24,000 nt of DNA from Erwinia persicina (GCF_014838825.1 NZ_JACYMO010000001.1:432566-456565), one strand, 5' to 3'. Positions 1-8,447 are shown, counted from the stretch's first letter. Notes: generated from the letters alone by a model not told the origin. Made by a program: numbers and translations.

Positions 1-488
1 GCATTGAGCCTGCACAGCGTGCCAGCCTGGAAGACTGGGAGGATATGATCGACACCAACAACAAAGGCCTGGTGTATATGACACGCGCGCTGCTGCCCGG
101 CATGGTGGAGCGCAATGTCGGTCATATCATTAATATCGGCTCTATCGCCGGCAGCTGGCCGTATCCGGGCGGCAATGTTTACGGTGCCACCAAGGCGTTC
201 GTCCGCCAGTTCAGCTTTAACCTGCGCACCGACCTGCACGGCACCGCACTGCGTGTGACCGATATTGAGCCGGGCCTGGTTGGTGGTACGGAGTTTTCGA
301 ACGTCCGTTTTAAAGGCGATGACAGCCGCGCCGACAGTGTGTATGACGGTACTGAACCACTGACGCCGGAGGATGTGACCGAGGCCGTGTGGTGGGTGGC
401 CACCCTGCCAAAGCACGTCAATATCAGCGCGCTGGAGATGATGCCGGTCGGTCAGAGCCAGGCGGGTCTGCGGGTACATAAAGCGTAA
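1..488 (+). CDS. ydfG: NADP-dependent 3-hydroxy acid dehydrogenase YdfG (short-chain dehydrogenase), 5' end outside the window
   Basis: The frame is open from base 3 (IEPAQRASLEDWEDMIDTNNKGLVYMTRALLPGMVERN...). It is near-collinear with my recollection of the E. coli YdfG C-terminal two thirds, including the SDR catalytic YGATK motif. Stop TAA at 486-488. Confidence 0.9.
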   Translation, partial: IEPAQRASLEDWEDMIDTNNKGLVYMTRALLPGMVERNVGHIINIGSIAGSWPYPGGNVYGATKAFVRQFSFNLRTDLHGTALRVTDIEPGLVGGTEFSNVRFKGDDSRADSVYDGTEPLTPEDVTEAVWWVATLPKHVNISALEMMPVGQSQAGLRVHKA

Positions 489-510
489 TTCAGTCTCTCC
501 GGGTCTGTTT

Positions 511-837
511 TCAGGCCCGTCCCCACCCCGCGACAATAATCAGCATGCCGCAAAATGCCACGGCAGCACCGACCCAGTCGTAGCTGCTAAGTTTTACCCC
601 GTCAACGATACGTAACCACAGCAGCGCGGTGACCACATACACGCCGCCATAGGCCGCATAGACGCGACCGCTGGCCGCCGGATGCAGCGTCAGCAGCCAG
701 ACGAACACCATCAGGCTGAGTCCTGCAGGCAGCAGCAGCCAGGCAGACGCGTTCTTTTTTAGCCACAGGTAGGGCAGAAAGCAGCCAATAATTTCGGCCA
801 GGGCCGTAGCAAAAAACAGTAATGTTGTGGTCAACAC
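511..837 (-). CDS. ynfA: UPF0060 family inner-membrane protein YnfA
   Basis: 108 aa with four hydrophobic segments. The N-terminus ([19 protein letters not shown]) and length are typical of YnfA. It converges on ydfG with only a 22-nt gap. Confidence 0.85.
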   Translation of the reverse strand: MLTTTLLFFATALAEIIGCFLPYLWLKKNASAWLLLPAGLSLMVFVWLLTLHPAASGRVYAAYGGVYVVTALLWLRIVDGVKLSSYDWVGAAVAFCGMLIIVAGWGRA

Positions 838-975
838 AGGGACTTTTCTCTCTTAATGTTCAACGGCGGTACCGCACGGCTGGTGGGTGCCCGAAAGCTG
901 GTGATATACTACAACACATGATCTGCCAAGTGCAGATGCCGTGGCTGTATGCTCCCCAACAAGGAAACGAACATC

Positions 976-1323
976 ATGAAAACTGTAAAACAACGTCTGG
1001 CTAAGGCCTCTTTGCCGTTGCTGCTGCTGACCGCGCTGTTTTCCGTTCAGCACGCTGCCCAGGCGCGCACTGACCACCTGATTATTCAGGATGGCGATAA
1101 TGCGCTGACGAAAGAGCAGGCCCGCGAACAGAAAGAGCAGTGGGATGCCACTCACCGCCTGCGTGGCAAAGTGAATAACCGCGTGGAAAAAGAGTTTGAC
1201 CGGGTGGATCAGGCTTTTGACACCCAGGAAGGCTGTGAAAAGAGCATGAACCTCAATGCGTACTGGGAGCCTAATACGCTGCGCTGCCTCGATCGCCGTA
1301 CCGGTCGTGCTGTTACGCCATAA
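976..1323 (+). CDS. ynfB: UPF0482 secreted protein YnfB
   Basis: Starts MKTVKQRL downstream of AAGGAAA and has a signal peptide. The C-terminal [22 protein letters not shown] closely matches the E. coli YnfB C-terminus as I recall it. The upstream ATG at 949 lacks an SD and would add a non-signal N-terminal extension. Confidence 0.85.
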   Translation: MKTVKQRLAKASLPLLLLTALFSVQHAAQARTDHLIIQDGDNALTKEQAREQKEQWDATHRLRGKVNNRVEKEFDRVDQAFDTQEGCEKSMNLNAYWEPNTLRCLDRRTGRAVTP

Positions 1324-1375
1324 GCTGACTTTCCTGCTATAGTTAGCGCAGATTTCATGCAAAAAGGATGAACAA

Positions 1376-1672
1376 ATGAAAGGCATTAATTGGGTATTAA
1401 CCGCACTGCTCTTTGCCGCACCGCTTGCGGTACAGGCTTCGTGCGAAACGGTCAAAGCGGATATTAATCAGAAAATTATTAATAATGGGGTTCCCGCTTC
1501 TGGCTTTACGCTGGATGTGGTTCCTAACGATCAGGCGGATCAGGCTGGCGGACAGGTTGTCGGCCATTGTGAAAACGACACGCAGAAAATTGTTTATAAG
1601 CGCAGTGGTAACGATGCTGACAGCAGCGTTCCTGCCAGCGCCGGCACCTCGCAGGATGCCCCGGCACAGTAA
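1376..1672 (+). CDS. ynfD: DUF1161 periplasmic protein (YnfD-like)
   Basis: 98 aa with a signal peptide ending AVQA. CETVKADINQKIINNGVPASGFTLDVVPNDQA...VVGHCENDT matches the YnfD/DUF1161 pattern. AAGGA SD lies upstream. Confidence 0.75.
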   Translation: MKGINWVLTALLFAAPLAVQASCETVKADINQKIINNGVPASGFTLDVVPNDQADQAGGQVVGHCENDTQKIVYKRSGNDADSSVPASAGTSQDAPAQ

Positions 1673-1724
1673 CGTATGACCCCGGCGGGGTGACCGGCAA
1701 ACCGGCCCACCCCCCTCTCCCGTC

Positions 1725-3182
1725 TCAGATCGGCTTTTCTGCCGGAACAAAGCGCGAAATCACCAGACTCATCCCCGCGATAACGGCCGAAACGGCAAAC
1801 ACCCAGTGCAGCGAATGCGCGATTTCATTCAACATCACCGTCAACGTTGACGGGTCAATCTGCTGCCGCTGGCCGTGTGACATCACCTGCTGCACCGGAT
1901 CGGTATCGTCTGGCAGGCGCAATAGCAAATTGTAGTTCAGCACCGCGCCCATCACCGCAGTGCCGAGTGCCGACCCGAGCATGCGGCTAAACATAATCGA
2001 TGCGGTGCAGATACCGCGAATGGCGAAGTCTGCGGTGTTCTGCACGGCAATAAGGAAGGTGGTGCTGGTCATGCCCATTCCCGTCCCGATCACAAAGGCG
2101 AACAGCCCGGCGTGCCACACCGGACTTTCACGGTGCAGCGTCAGCAGCAGACCGGTACCGAGGATCAGCAGCACCGAGCCCAGCAGCGCGGTAAAACGGT
2201 AAGAAGTACGCTGCATCAGTCGGCCACTGAGGGTACTGGCCAGCGGCCAGCCGATCGACATCATGGCCAGCGCACTGCCCGCCTGCAGCGGCGTGCCGCC
2301 GTTAACCCCCTGTATCCACGTCGGCAGAAAGGCACTGATGCCCATCATGGCCGCCCCAATCATCAGATTGCCCGCGTTACCGGCCAGCAACGTGCGGCTG
2401 CGCCAGATCGCCGCCGGGAACAGCGGTTCGCGGGCGCTGCGTTCGTGCCGTACCAGTGCTATCCCGGTCAGCACGGCCAGCAGCAACAGTCCCACCACCC
2501 GCGTAGCACCAAGCGCCTCAGCCTGTAACAAGGCCACCAGTAGCGCACTGACGGTCAGCATCAGCCACGCGCTGCCCGCCAGGTTAAGCCGGTGCGGGCT
2601 GCGCGCTTTCGACTCCGGGAAGAAGCGCGCCAGCAGCAGCATTGACAGGATGCCAATGGGCACGTTGACCCAGAAAATCAGTGCCCAGTTGAAATGCTGT
2701 ACCAGCCAGGCTCCGGTCAGCGGCCCGACAATGGCGGCAACGCCCCAGACGCTCGACAGCCATCCCTGAACGCCAGCCCGCTCTTTGGGCGGATAGACAT
2801 CGGCAATAATCGTCGAGGTCAGCGGCATAATGGCCCCGGCCCCTAACCCCTGGAAGGCGCGGAACAGGATCAGCCAGCCCATATGGGTGGCGAACCCGCA
2901 CAGCACAGACCCGACAAGAAACAGCCCGGTGCCGATAAAGAACATGCGTTTGCGGCCCCACAGATCGGCCAGCCGCCCGTAAATCGGCACGCTGACCGCC
3001 TGGGTCAGCAGATAGATAGAAAAAACCCAGCCAAACTGCGAAAAACCGCCCAGTTCAGCAATGATGGTCGGCATCGCGGTGGCCACGATAGTCACTTCAA
3101 TCGCCGCCATGAACATGGCCAGCATCGAGGCAATCAGGATCCAGTGGCGTGACTTAACGGGCGTAGCAATTGATTCCGACAT
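1725..3182 (-). CDS. MFS transporter, DHA2 (14-TMS, EmrB/QacA-like) drug:H+ antiporter family
   Basis: 485 aa and highly hydrophobic throughout. It carries the MFS motif A-like GRLADLWGRKR after TM2 and the motif C-like GLGAGAIMP. The length fits 14 TMS. I cannot name a specific orthologue. Confidence 0.8.
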   Translation of the reverse strand: MSESIATPVKSRHWILIASMLAMFMAAIEVTIVATAMPTIIAELGGFSQFGWVFSIYLLTQAVSVPIYGRLADLWGRKRMFFIGTGLFLVGSVLCGFATHMGWLILFRAFQGLGAGAIMPLTSTIIADVYPPKERAGVQGWLSSVWGVAAIVGPLTGAWLVQHFNWALIFWVNVPIGILSMLLLARFFPESKARSPHRLNLAGSAWLMLTVSALLVALLQAEALGATRVVGLLLLAVLTGIALVRHERSAREPLFPAAIWRSRTLLAGNAGNLMIGAAMMGISAFLPTWIQGVNGGTPLQAGSALAMMSIGWPLASTLSGRLMQRTSYRFTALLGSVLLILGTGLLLTLHRESPVWHAGLFAFVIGTGMGMTSTTFLIAVQNTADFAIRGICTASIMFSRMLGSALGTAVMGAVLNYNLLLRLPDDTDPVQQVMSHGQRQQIDPSTLTVMLNEIAHSLHWVFAVSAVIAGMSLVISRFVPAEKPI

Positions 3183-3264
3183 GGTGTCCCTTTCTGAAGT
3201 AGAGCCTGAAAGTGTGGATGATATTTCGCACGGCAGTTTCCGAATTGTGCTTATTTTTACTTTT

Positions 3265-3303
3265 GTGACGGTGTCACCTTTTGACGATGAATTTTTTCAT
3301 CGT
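3265..3303. promoter_or_regulatory. Two palindromes in the divergent MFS / ABC-operon control region (candidate operators)
   Basis: GTGAC-GGT-GTCAC at 3265-3277. A perfect ACGATGAA-TTTT-TTCATCGT at 3284-3303. Both lie in a 313-bp AT-rich spacer between divergent genes. Confidence 0.35.
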
Positions 3304-3377
3304 TAATTTTTCCTGTGCTATCAAGGGCTGCAGGCACATTTAGCGAAAAAGTATCCTACTGATTTTCAGCCAAAAAT

Positions 3378-3407
3378 TTGCCAGTTCTGCCGTTTCGCTG
3401 CTATAGA
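3378..3407 (+). promoter_or_regulatory. Candidate sigma-70/sigma-S promoter of the osmoprotectant ABC operon
   Basis: TTGCCA (3378-3383), an 18-nt spacer, then TATAGA (3402-3407), about 90 nt upstream of the ATG at 3496. Motif match only. Confidence 0.3.
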
Positions 3408-3495
3408 TTTGAGGGCTAGTTTACCGGGTAAAGTGATAATCGCCCATGAGATCAACACTTTTAATGCTTACCCGCGTTCCAGGGAGAACACTGAT

Positions 3496-4209
3496 ATGCA
3501 ACCTACCACGCTGTTACGGCGTGCCTTACTGGCGGCGCTTTTTATTGCCGCGATCGTTGCCCTGCTGGTCTGGGGGCTGGGGTTTGAAACCATTAAGGCA
3601 AAACGCGTCGATCTGATCTATCTGGGCCAGCAGCACATGACGCTGGTGTTCTGGTCCATGCTGTTTGCGCTGCTGGTGGGCATCCCCAGCGGTATCGCCC
3701 TCAGCCGTCCTGGCGCGCGCCGCTGGGCAGAGTACATCATGCAGATCTTTAACATCGGCAATACGCTGCCGCCGCTGGCGGTACTGGCGCTGGCGATGGT
3801 GGTGATCGGCATCGGTGACCGTCCGGCGATCGTTGCCCTCTTCCTCGCCTCACTGCTGCCGGTTGTGCGTAACACCTATGCCGGGCTCTGTTCGGTACCG
3901 TCATCGCTGCTGGAAGCGGCCGACGGTATCGGCATGACCCGGGGACAGCGCCTGCGTCAGGTCGAGCTTCCTAATGCAATGCCCGTGATGTTATCCGGCA
4001 TTCGCGTGGCGATGGCGATCAACGTGGGTACAGCCCCGCTGGCGTTTCTGATTGGTGCCAGCAGTTACGGTGAGCTGATTTTCCCCGGTATCTACCTCAA
4101 TGATTTCCCGACGTTGATCCTGGGGGCAGCGGCAACGGCGCTTTTTGCCCTGATCCTCGATTTATTGCTGGCCGGCCTCGGCCGTCTTCTCAGCCCGCAT
4201 ACGGCTTAA
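3496..4209 (+). CDS. Glycine betaine/choline/carnitine-type (OpuC/OsmU family) ABC transporter permease
   Basis: Starts MQPTTLLRR after a GGGAGA SD. It has a BPD-transporter fold with the EAA-loop region [24 protein letters not shown], and resembles YehW/OpuCD-type permeases. The tracked TTG start at 3409 adds a non-membrane leader and is unlikely. Confidence 0.85.
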   Translation: MQPTTLLRRALLAALFIAAIVALLVWGLGFETIKAKRVDLIYLGQQHMTLVFWSMLFALLVGIPSGIALSRPGARRWAEYIMQIFNIGNTLPPLAVLALAMVVIGIGDRPAIVALFLASLLPVVRNTYAGLCSVPSSLLEAADGIGMTRGQRLRQVELPNAMPVMLSGIRVAMAINVGTAPLAFLIGASSYGELIFPGIYLNDFPTLILGAAATALFALILDLLLAGLGRLLSPHTA

Positions 4210-4228
4210 AAATAACAGGGAGCTGACT

Positions 4229-5152
4229 ATGGCTGGTACCCCCCTTCTTTCCCGCTGGCTTCAGGCGAGCGCGCTTGCCCTGGCGGCATCACTGGCGTTA
4301 AGCGGTATGGCCGCTGCCGCGCCTATTGTCATGACCACCAAGAGTTTTACCGAGCAGCATATTTTATCTGCGCTCACCACGCAGTATCTGCGTAAACAGG
4401 GCTTTGAGGTTGAACCCAAGACCAATATTGCTACCGTGATTGCCCGTAACGCGATGATCAATAAACAGGTCGACATGGCCTGGGAGTATACCGGCACCTC
4501 GCTGATTATTTTCAATAACATCACTCAGCGCATGTCGTCAGAGCAGGCCTATCAGACGGTGAAAAAGCTGGATGCAAAGCTGGGGCTGGTGTGGCTGAAA
4601 CCCGCCCCGATGAATAACACTTACGCCTTTGCGATGTCCGCCGAACGTGCGAAAGCCGAAAACATTGAGACTCTGTCGCAGCTGGTGGCGAAAATTGAGC
4701 AGGTGCGTAAAAACGACCCTGACCACAACTGGATGCTGGGACTGGATTTGGAGTTTGCCGGACGTTCAGATGGGCTTAAACCCCTGCAGAAAGCCTACAA
4801 TATGCCGCTGGATCGCCCGCAGATCCGCCAGATGGATCCGGGACTGGTGTATAACGCCATTCGTGACGGTTTTGTTGACGCCGGACTGGTATATACCACC
4901 GACGGCCGGGTAAAAGGCTTCGAACTGAAAGTGTTGAAAGATGACAAAGGTTTCTTCCCCAGCTATGCGGTGACGCCGGTGGTGACCGAGAAAGCGCTGC
5001 GGGATCATCCGGGTCTGGAAGCGGCGCTGAATAAGCTGTCGCCGCTGATCACCGACGAAGCCATCACTGAAATGAACAAGCGTGTGGATATCGACCACCA
5101 GTCGCCTCAGCAGGTGGCCCGTGATTTCCTGACATCCCACAACATGCTGTAA
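4229..5152 (+). CDS. Osmoprotectant (quaternary amine) substrate-binding protein, OpuAC/OpuCC/OsmX family
   Basis: 307 aa with a signal peptide ([11 protein letters not shown]). The body resembles OsmF/OpuCC-type glycine-betaine binding proteins. It sits between the two permease genes. Confidence 0.85.
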   Translation: MAGTPLLSRWLQASALALAASLALSGMAAAAPIVMTTKSFTEQHILSALTTQYLRKQGFEVEPKTNIATVIARNAMINKQVDMAWEYTGTSLIIFNNITQRMSSEQAYQTVKKLDAKLGLVWLKPAPMNNTYAFAMSAERAKAENIETLSQLVAKIEQVRKNDPDHNWMLGLDLEFAGRSDGLKPLQKAYNMPLDRPQIRQMDPGLVYNAIRDGFVDAGLVYTTDGRVKGFELKVLKDDKGFFPSYAVTPVVTEKALRDHPGLEAALNKLSPLITDEAITEMNKRVDIDHQSPQQVARDFLTSHNML

Positions 5153-5161
5153 GGAGGCTTC

Positions 5162-5809
5162 GTGGAGACGATCCATTATATGATTGATAATGCCGGCTAT
5201 CTCGGCACCCTCACCTTTCAGCACCTGTGGCTGGTGGCGCTGGCCGTCGGTTTCGCCATTGTTGCGGGCGTGCCGCTCGGTATTCTGATTGTGCGTTTTA
5301 AATGGCTGGCGACGCCGGTACTTGGACTGGCCACTATTGTGCTGACCATTCCTTCTATCGCCCTGTTTGGCCTGATGATCCCGCTTTTTTCACTGATCGG
5401 TCAGGGCATTGGTGTCCTGCCCGCCGTCACAGCGGTGTTTCTCTATTCTCTGTTACCGATTGTGCGCAACACCCACACGGCGCTGGAAAATCTGCCCGAC
5501 GGCCTGCGTGAAGCGGGACGCGGGATTGGGATGACTTTCTGGCAGCGCCTGCGCTGGGTCGAAATTCCTATGGCCCTGCCGGTGATTTTTGGCGGTATCC
5601 GCACGGCGGTGGTGATGAACGTCGGCGTGATGGCCATCGCAGCGGTGATTGGCGCGGGCGGTCTTGGCCTGCTGCTGCTGGATGGAATTAGCGGAAGCGA
5701 TATCCGCATGTTGATTGCTGGTGCATTAATGATCTGCTTACTGGCGATCGTGCTTGACTGGCTGCTGCACCGTTTGCAGATAGCACTGACACCTAAGGGG
5801 ATTCGATAA
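5162..5809 (+). CDS. OpuC/OsmU family ABC transporter permease (second subunit)
   Basis: GTG start 6 nt after an AGGAGG SD. 215 aa with the EAA loop REAGRGIGMTFWQRLRWVEIPMALP. Its stop overlaps the next ATG (TAATG). Confidence 0.85.
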   Translation: METIHYMIDNAGYLGTLTFQHLWLVALAVGFAIVAGVPLGILIVRFKWLATPVLGLATIVLTIPSIALFGLMIPLFSLIGQGIGVLPAVTAVFLYSLLPIVRNTHTALENLPDGLREAGRGIGMTFWQRLRWVEIPMALPVIFGGIRTAVVMNVGVMAIAAVIGAGGLGLLLLDGISGSDIRMLIAGALMICLLAIVLDWLLHRLQIALTPKGIR

Positions 5810-6948
5810 TGATAAAACTGGAAAATCTCACCAAAACCTTCAGGCAGAAAAACGGCAACAGCTTTAATGCCGTCGACAACGTCAGCCTAAATGTCCCTGA
5901 GGGTGAGATGTGCGTACTACTCGGCCCTTCCGGCTGTGGTAAAACCACCACGCTGAAAATGATCAACCGGCTGATCCCGTCCAGCAGTGGTAAAATCCTC
6001 ATCAACGGTGAAGACACCAGCGGGCTGGATACCGTGACGCTGCGTCGTAATATTGGCTACGTCATCCAGCAGATTGGCCTGTTCCCGAATATGACTATTG
6101 AAGAGAACATCACCGTGGTGCCGCGCATGCTGGGCTGGGATAAGCAGCGCTGTAAGGCGCGTGCCAGCGAGCTGATGAGCATGATGGCGCTGGATGCGAA
6201 TAAGTTTCTGCAGCGCTACCCGCGTGAAATGTCGGGCGGCCAGCAGCAGCGTATCGGCGTCATCCGCGCACTGGCGGCAGATCCACCGGTGCTGCTGATG
6301 GATGAGCCGTTCGGTGCCGTCGACCCGATTAACCGCGAGGTGATCCAGAATGAGTTTCTTGATATGCAGCGCCAGCTGAAAAAGACCGTGATGCTGGTCA
6401 GCCATGACATTGATGAAGCGCTGAAACTGGGTGACCGCATTGCCGTGTTCGGTCAGGGAAAGATCGTGCAGTGTGCCAGCCCGGACGAGCTGCTGGCGAA
6501 GCCGGCCAATGAATTTGTCGGATCGTTCGTCGGCCAGGACCGTACGCTGAAGCGTTTGTTACTGGTGCAGGCGGGCGATGTCACCGACCAGCAGCCGACC
6601 CATACCGTGCAAAAGTCTACCCCGCTGGCGGATGCGTTCGGCATGATGGACGATCACGATTTGCGTTCGATTACGGTGGTCGACGAGGACGGCCGACCGC
6701 TGGGCTTTGTTAAGCGCCGTGAAGCGCGCGGTGCCAGCGGCGTCTGTGCCGACAGGCTGCATCACTTTACCGTCACCGGTAAAGCCGAAGAGAACCTGCG
6801 CGTGGTGCTGTCCAAGCTGTATGAACACAATATGGTGTGGATGCCCATTGTCGACGAGGACGGTCGCTACAGCGGAGAGATTTCCCAGGACTATATTGCG
6901 GACTACCTGAGCTCAGGCCGCACGCGCCGGGTGCTGAACCCGGCGTAA
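5809..6948 (+). CDS. OpuC/OsmU family ABC transporter ATPase with C-terminal tandem CBS domains
   Basis: Walker A GPSGCGKTT, signature MSGGQQQR, Walker B VLLMDEPF and H-loop SHD. The ~120-aa C-terminal tail carries two CBS-like repeats (SITVVDEDGRPLGFV and MPIVDEDGRYSGEI). At 379 aa it matches OpuCA-type rather than YehX-type ATPases. Confidence 0.9.
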   Translation: MIKLENLTKTFRQKNGNSFNAVDNVSLNVPEGEMCVLLGPSGCGKTTTLKMINRLIPSSSGKILINGEDTSGLDTVTLRRNIGYVIQQIGLFPNMTIEENITVVPRMLGWDKQRCKARASELMSMMALDANKFLQRYPREMSGGQQQRIGVIRALAADPPVLLMDEPFGAVDPINREVIQNEFLDMQRQLKKTVMLVSHDIDEALKLGDRIAVFGQGKIVQCASPDELLAKPANEFVGSFVGQDRTLKRLLLVQAGDVTDQQPTHTVQKSTPLADAFGMMDDHDLRSITVVDEDGRPLGFVKRREARGASGVCADRLHHFTVTGKAEENLRVVLSKLYEHNMVWMPIVDEDGRYSGEISQDYIADYLSSGRTRRVLNPA

Positions 6949-6966
6949 ACTTTCACAGCATGTGAG

Positions 6967-6995
6967 GAGATGAGGCCATCAGGCCTCATCTTTAT
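6967..6995 (+). terminator. Rho-independent terminator of the ABC operon, overlapping the 3' end of the convergent antiterminator gene
   Basis: GATGAGGCC (6969-6977), loop ATCA, GGCCTCATC (6982-6990), then TTTAT. The right arm also encodes the ...DKDEA* C-terminus of the minus-strand gene. Confidence 0.7.
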
Positions 6996-7842
6996 CATCA
7001 TCCAGCGCCAGCGTCTCCTTCCTGACACGCTCAATATGGATTGTTAAAAACATCCGCTCCTCACTGCCCAGCGCGTAGTCGTAATTCTTTCTCACATGGC
7101 GATCAATTTTGTCCACGCACCGGTAGGCCGCAGGATAACGATCGCGAACCACATCGTGCAGCGATTCGTCATCGCTATAAACGCCGCGTTTTCCCAGCAT
7201 CCGCTGCGAGAAAAATTTTAGATGGGTGACAAAGCGGTTATAACTTAGCGAGTCGGGCTGATAATCGAGCTGTAGCTGGTACTTCACCAGATGCAGGATC
7301 TCCTGCATAAATTTAGTGATGTGCATCACTGCGGGCATCTCGCTGCCCAGCTGGGCATTAACCAGATGCAGGGCAATAAACCCGGCTTCATCCTCCGGCA
7401 GTCGTACCTGCAGGCGCTTTTCGATAATATCCAGCGCCGCCAGCCCGATTGCATACTCCTTCGGATAGAGGCTTCGGATCTCCCACTGCAGCACGTTACG
7501 GATCGGCAGGTTTTGCTGATGCCGGGTCAGGGCAAAATTAACATGATCGGTCAGCGCAATAGCCAGACTGTCATGAAGCGGACTACCGAGCTGCTCCCGC
7601 GCCAGCGCAATGATACATTCTGTGGCAATCACTACCTCCAGCGGGATTTCAGACAGCAGTTCGCCCAGACGCCCGGTCAGCTCCTGACTTTTCAGCGCAA
7701 AGGTTTTTTCAACCAGCGCCGGATCGAATTCTTCTCCGCTGCGCTTTTTAAACGCCAGCCCACGACCCATCACCACCAGTTCATGCCCCTGTTCGTCATG
7801 GACAATGACCACGTTATTATTTAACACTTTTGCTATTTTCAT
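6979..7842 (-). CDS. BglG/LicT/SacY-family transcription antiterminator (CAT RNA-binding domain + PRD1 + PRD2)
   Basis: The N-terminus MKIAKVLNNNVVIVHDEQGHELVVMGRGLAFKK is the CAT domain signature. Conserved PRD histidines sit in contexts such as LTDHVNFAL, FIALHLVNAQ, LVTHLKFF and MFLTIHIERV. It is collinear with E. coli BglG as I recall it, plus an acidic tail. The tracked TTG start at 7860 lies inside the leader terminator T-tract and is rejected. Confidence 0.9.
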   Translation of the reverse strand: MKIAKVLNNNVVIVHDEQGHELVVMGRGLAFKKRSGEEFDPALVEKTFALKSQELTGRLGELLSEIPLEVVIATECIIALAREQLGSPLHDSLAIALTDHVNFALTRHQQNLPIRNVLQWEIRSLYPKEYAIGLAALDIIEKRLQVRLPEDEAGFIALHLVNAQLGSEMPAVMHITKFMQEILHLVKYQLQLDYQPDSLSYNRFVTHLKFFSQRMLGKRGVYSDDESLHDVVRDRYPAAYRCVDKIDRHVRKNYDYALGSEERMFLTIHIERVRKETLALDDDKDEA

Positions 7843-7856
7843 TTCCCGGCCTGAAA

Positions 7857-7898
7857 ACAAAAAAACCTGACCGCCGGAGGAGCTCCGGTGGTCAGGTT
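7857..7898 (-). terminator. Leader (attenuator) terminator immediately upstream of the antiterminator gene
   Basis: Minus strand reads AACCTGACCACCGG-AGCTCCT-CCGGCGGTCAGGTT followed by TTTTTTTGTTTT. That is a 14-bp stem plus U-tract ending about 15 nt before the ATG. Confidence 0.85.
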
Positions 7899-7928
7899 TT
7901 GCCTGCTAAAATGCAGTAACAATCCAGT
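7891..7928 (-). promoter_or_regulatory. RAT (ribonucleic antiterminator) element overlapping the 5' arm of the leader terminator
   Basis: Minus strand reads ACTGGATTGTTACTGCATTTTAGCAGGCAAAACCTGAC. As I recall it, the E. coli bgl t1 RAT is GGATTGTTACTGCATTCGCAGGCAAAACC, so the two differ only in the apical loop. Its 3' part is the left arm of the terminator, the classic mutually exclusive arrangement. Confidence 0.85.
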
Positions 7929-7944
7929 GTTCACACGATAAGGT

Positions 7945-7950
7945 ATTATA
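7945..7950 (-). promoter_or_regulatory. Candidate -10 box (TATAAT) of the antiterminator leader promoter
   Basis: A perfect TATAAT on the minus strand about 17 nt upstream of the RAT. The -35 is poor (CAGACC at 17-nt spacing), reminiscent of the weak or silenced E. coli bgl promoter. Confidence 0.45.
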
Positions 7951-8014
7951 CGCGGGTCTCAAGCACCGGTCTGCCGTTCTGTGATAGAGCTCGCGCTTTG
8001 TAACGATCTGTTTC

Positions 8015-8335
8015 CTAAACGCGCCGGGAACATTTGCGGGTGGCCAGATCGTTCAACTGCTGTTCACGCTCCGTGGCGTGTTTTTGCGCCTGTTGTTTGG
8101 CTATACCGTTGCCAATGCCAAAGTCCATTGCGGCACCTACCACGGTCAGGGCATCAAACTCCCCTTTTTTATCAATTTCCTGCTGCACTTTTTTCTGTTC
8201 AGCGATTTGCTGCTGCACGCCCTGGCAGTCGAGCTGATCGGCCTGCACCGCGCTAACCGGCGGAGAAGCAGGATACTGTTTCAGTGCGCAGCCACTGAGC
8301 ATCACCACAAACACAAGCAGAGCAAATCGTTTCAT
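8015..8335 (-). CDS. Small lipoprotein of unknown function
   Basis: The signal peptide MKRFALLVFVVMLSGC contains the lipobox L-S-G-C. The mature part is Q/K/E-rich and predicted helical, with two further Cys residues. Three consecutive ATGs (8341, 8338, 8335) leave the exact start ambiguous. I do not recognise the family. Confidence 0.65.
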   Translation of the reverse strand: MKRFALLVFVVMLSGCALKQYPASPPVSAVQADQLDCQGVQQQIAEQKKVQQEIDKKGEFDALTVVGAAMDFGIGNGIAKQQAQKHATEREQQLNDLATRKCSRRV

Positions 8336-8447
8336 CATCATCACCGTCAAACTGAGTTGCTGCATTATGCACCACATCCCCGCGGCTCAATGGCATAAGC
8401 AGCAACCGGTGCCGCGGCTTATCCTGGCGATGACGCCGGACGTACGG

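Noticed and set aside
1673-1724. GC-rich partial palindromes (ACCCCGGCGGGGT, CCGGCAAACCGG) between convergent ynfD and the MFS gene, as a possible bidirectional terminator.
   Set aside because: The stems are only 4-5 bp with sterically poor loops and have no U-tract on either strand. This is not enough to call a terminator.
3263-3279. Possible CRP site at TGTGACGGTGTCAC.
   Set aside because: The half-sites TGTGA and TCAC are separated by 5 nt rather than the canonical 6, and the right half is TCACC. It is kept only as an unexplained palindrome.
3409-3495. N-terminal extensions offered by the ORF track. These are the TTG start at 3409 for the first permease, 949 for ynfB, 7860 for the antiterminator, 8377 for the lipoprotein, 10088 for mppA, 10188 for mpaA, 11933 for ycjG, 17071 for pspD and 18306 for pspA.
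   Set aside because: Internal ATG starts have proper SD sequences and align with the N-termini, signal peptides or lipoboxes of known homologues. The extensions overlap upstream regulatory elements or neighbouring genes.
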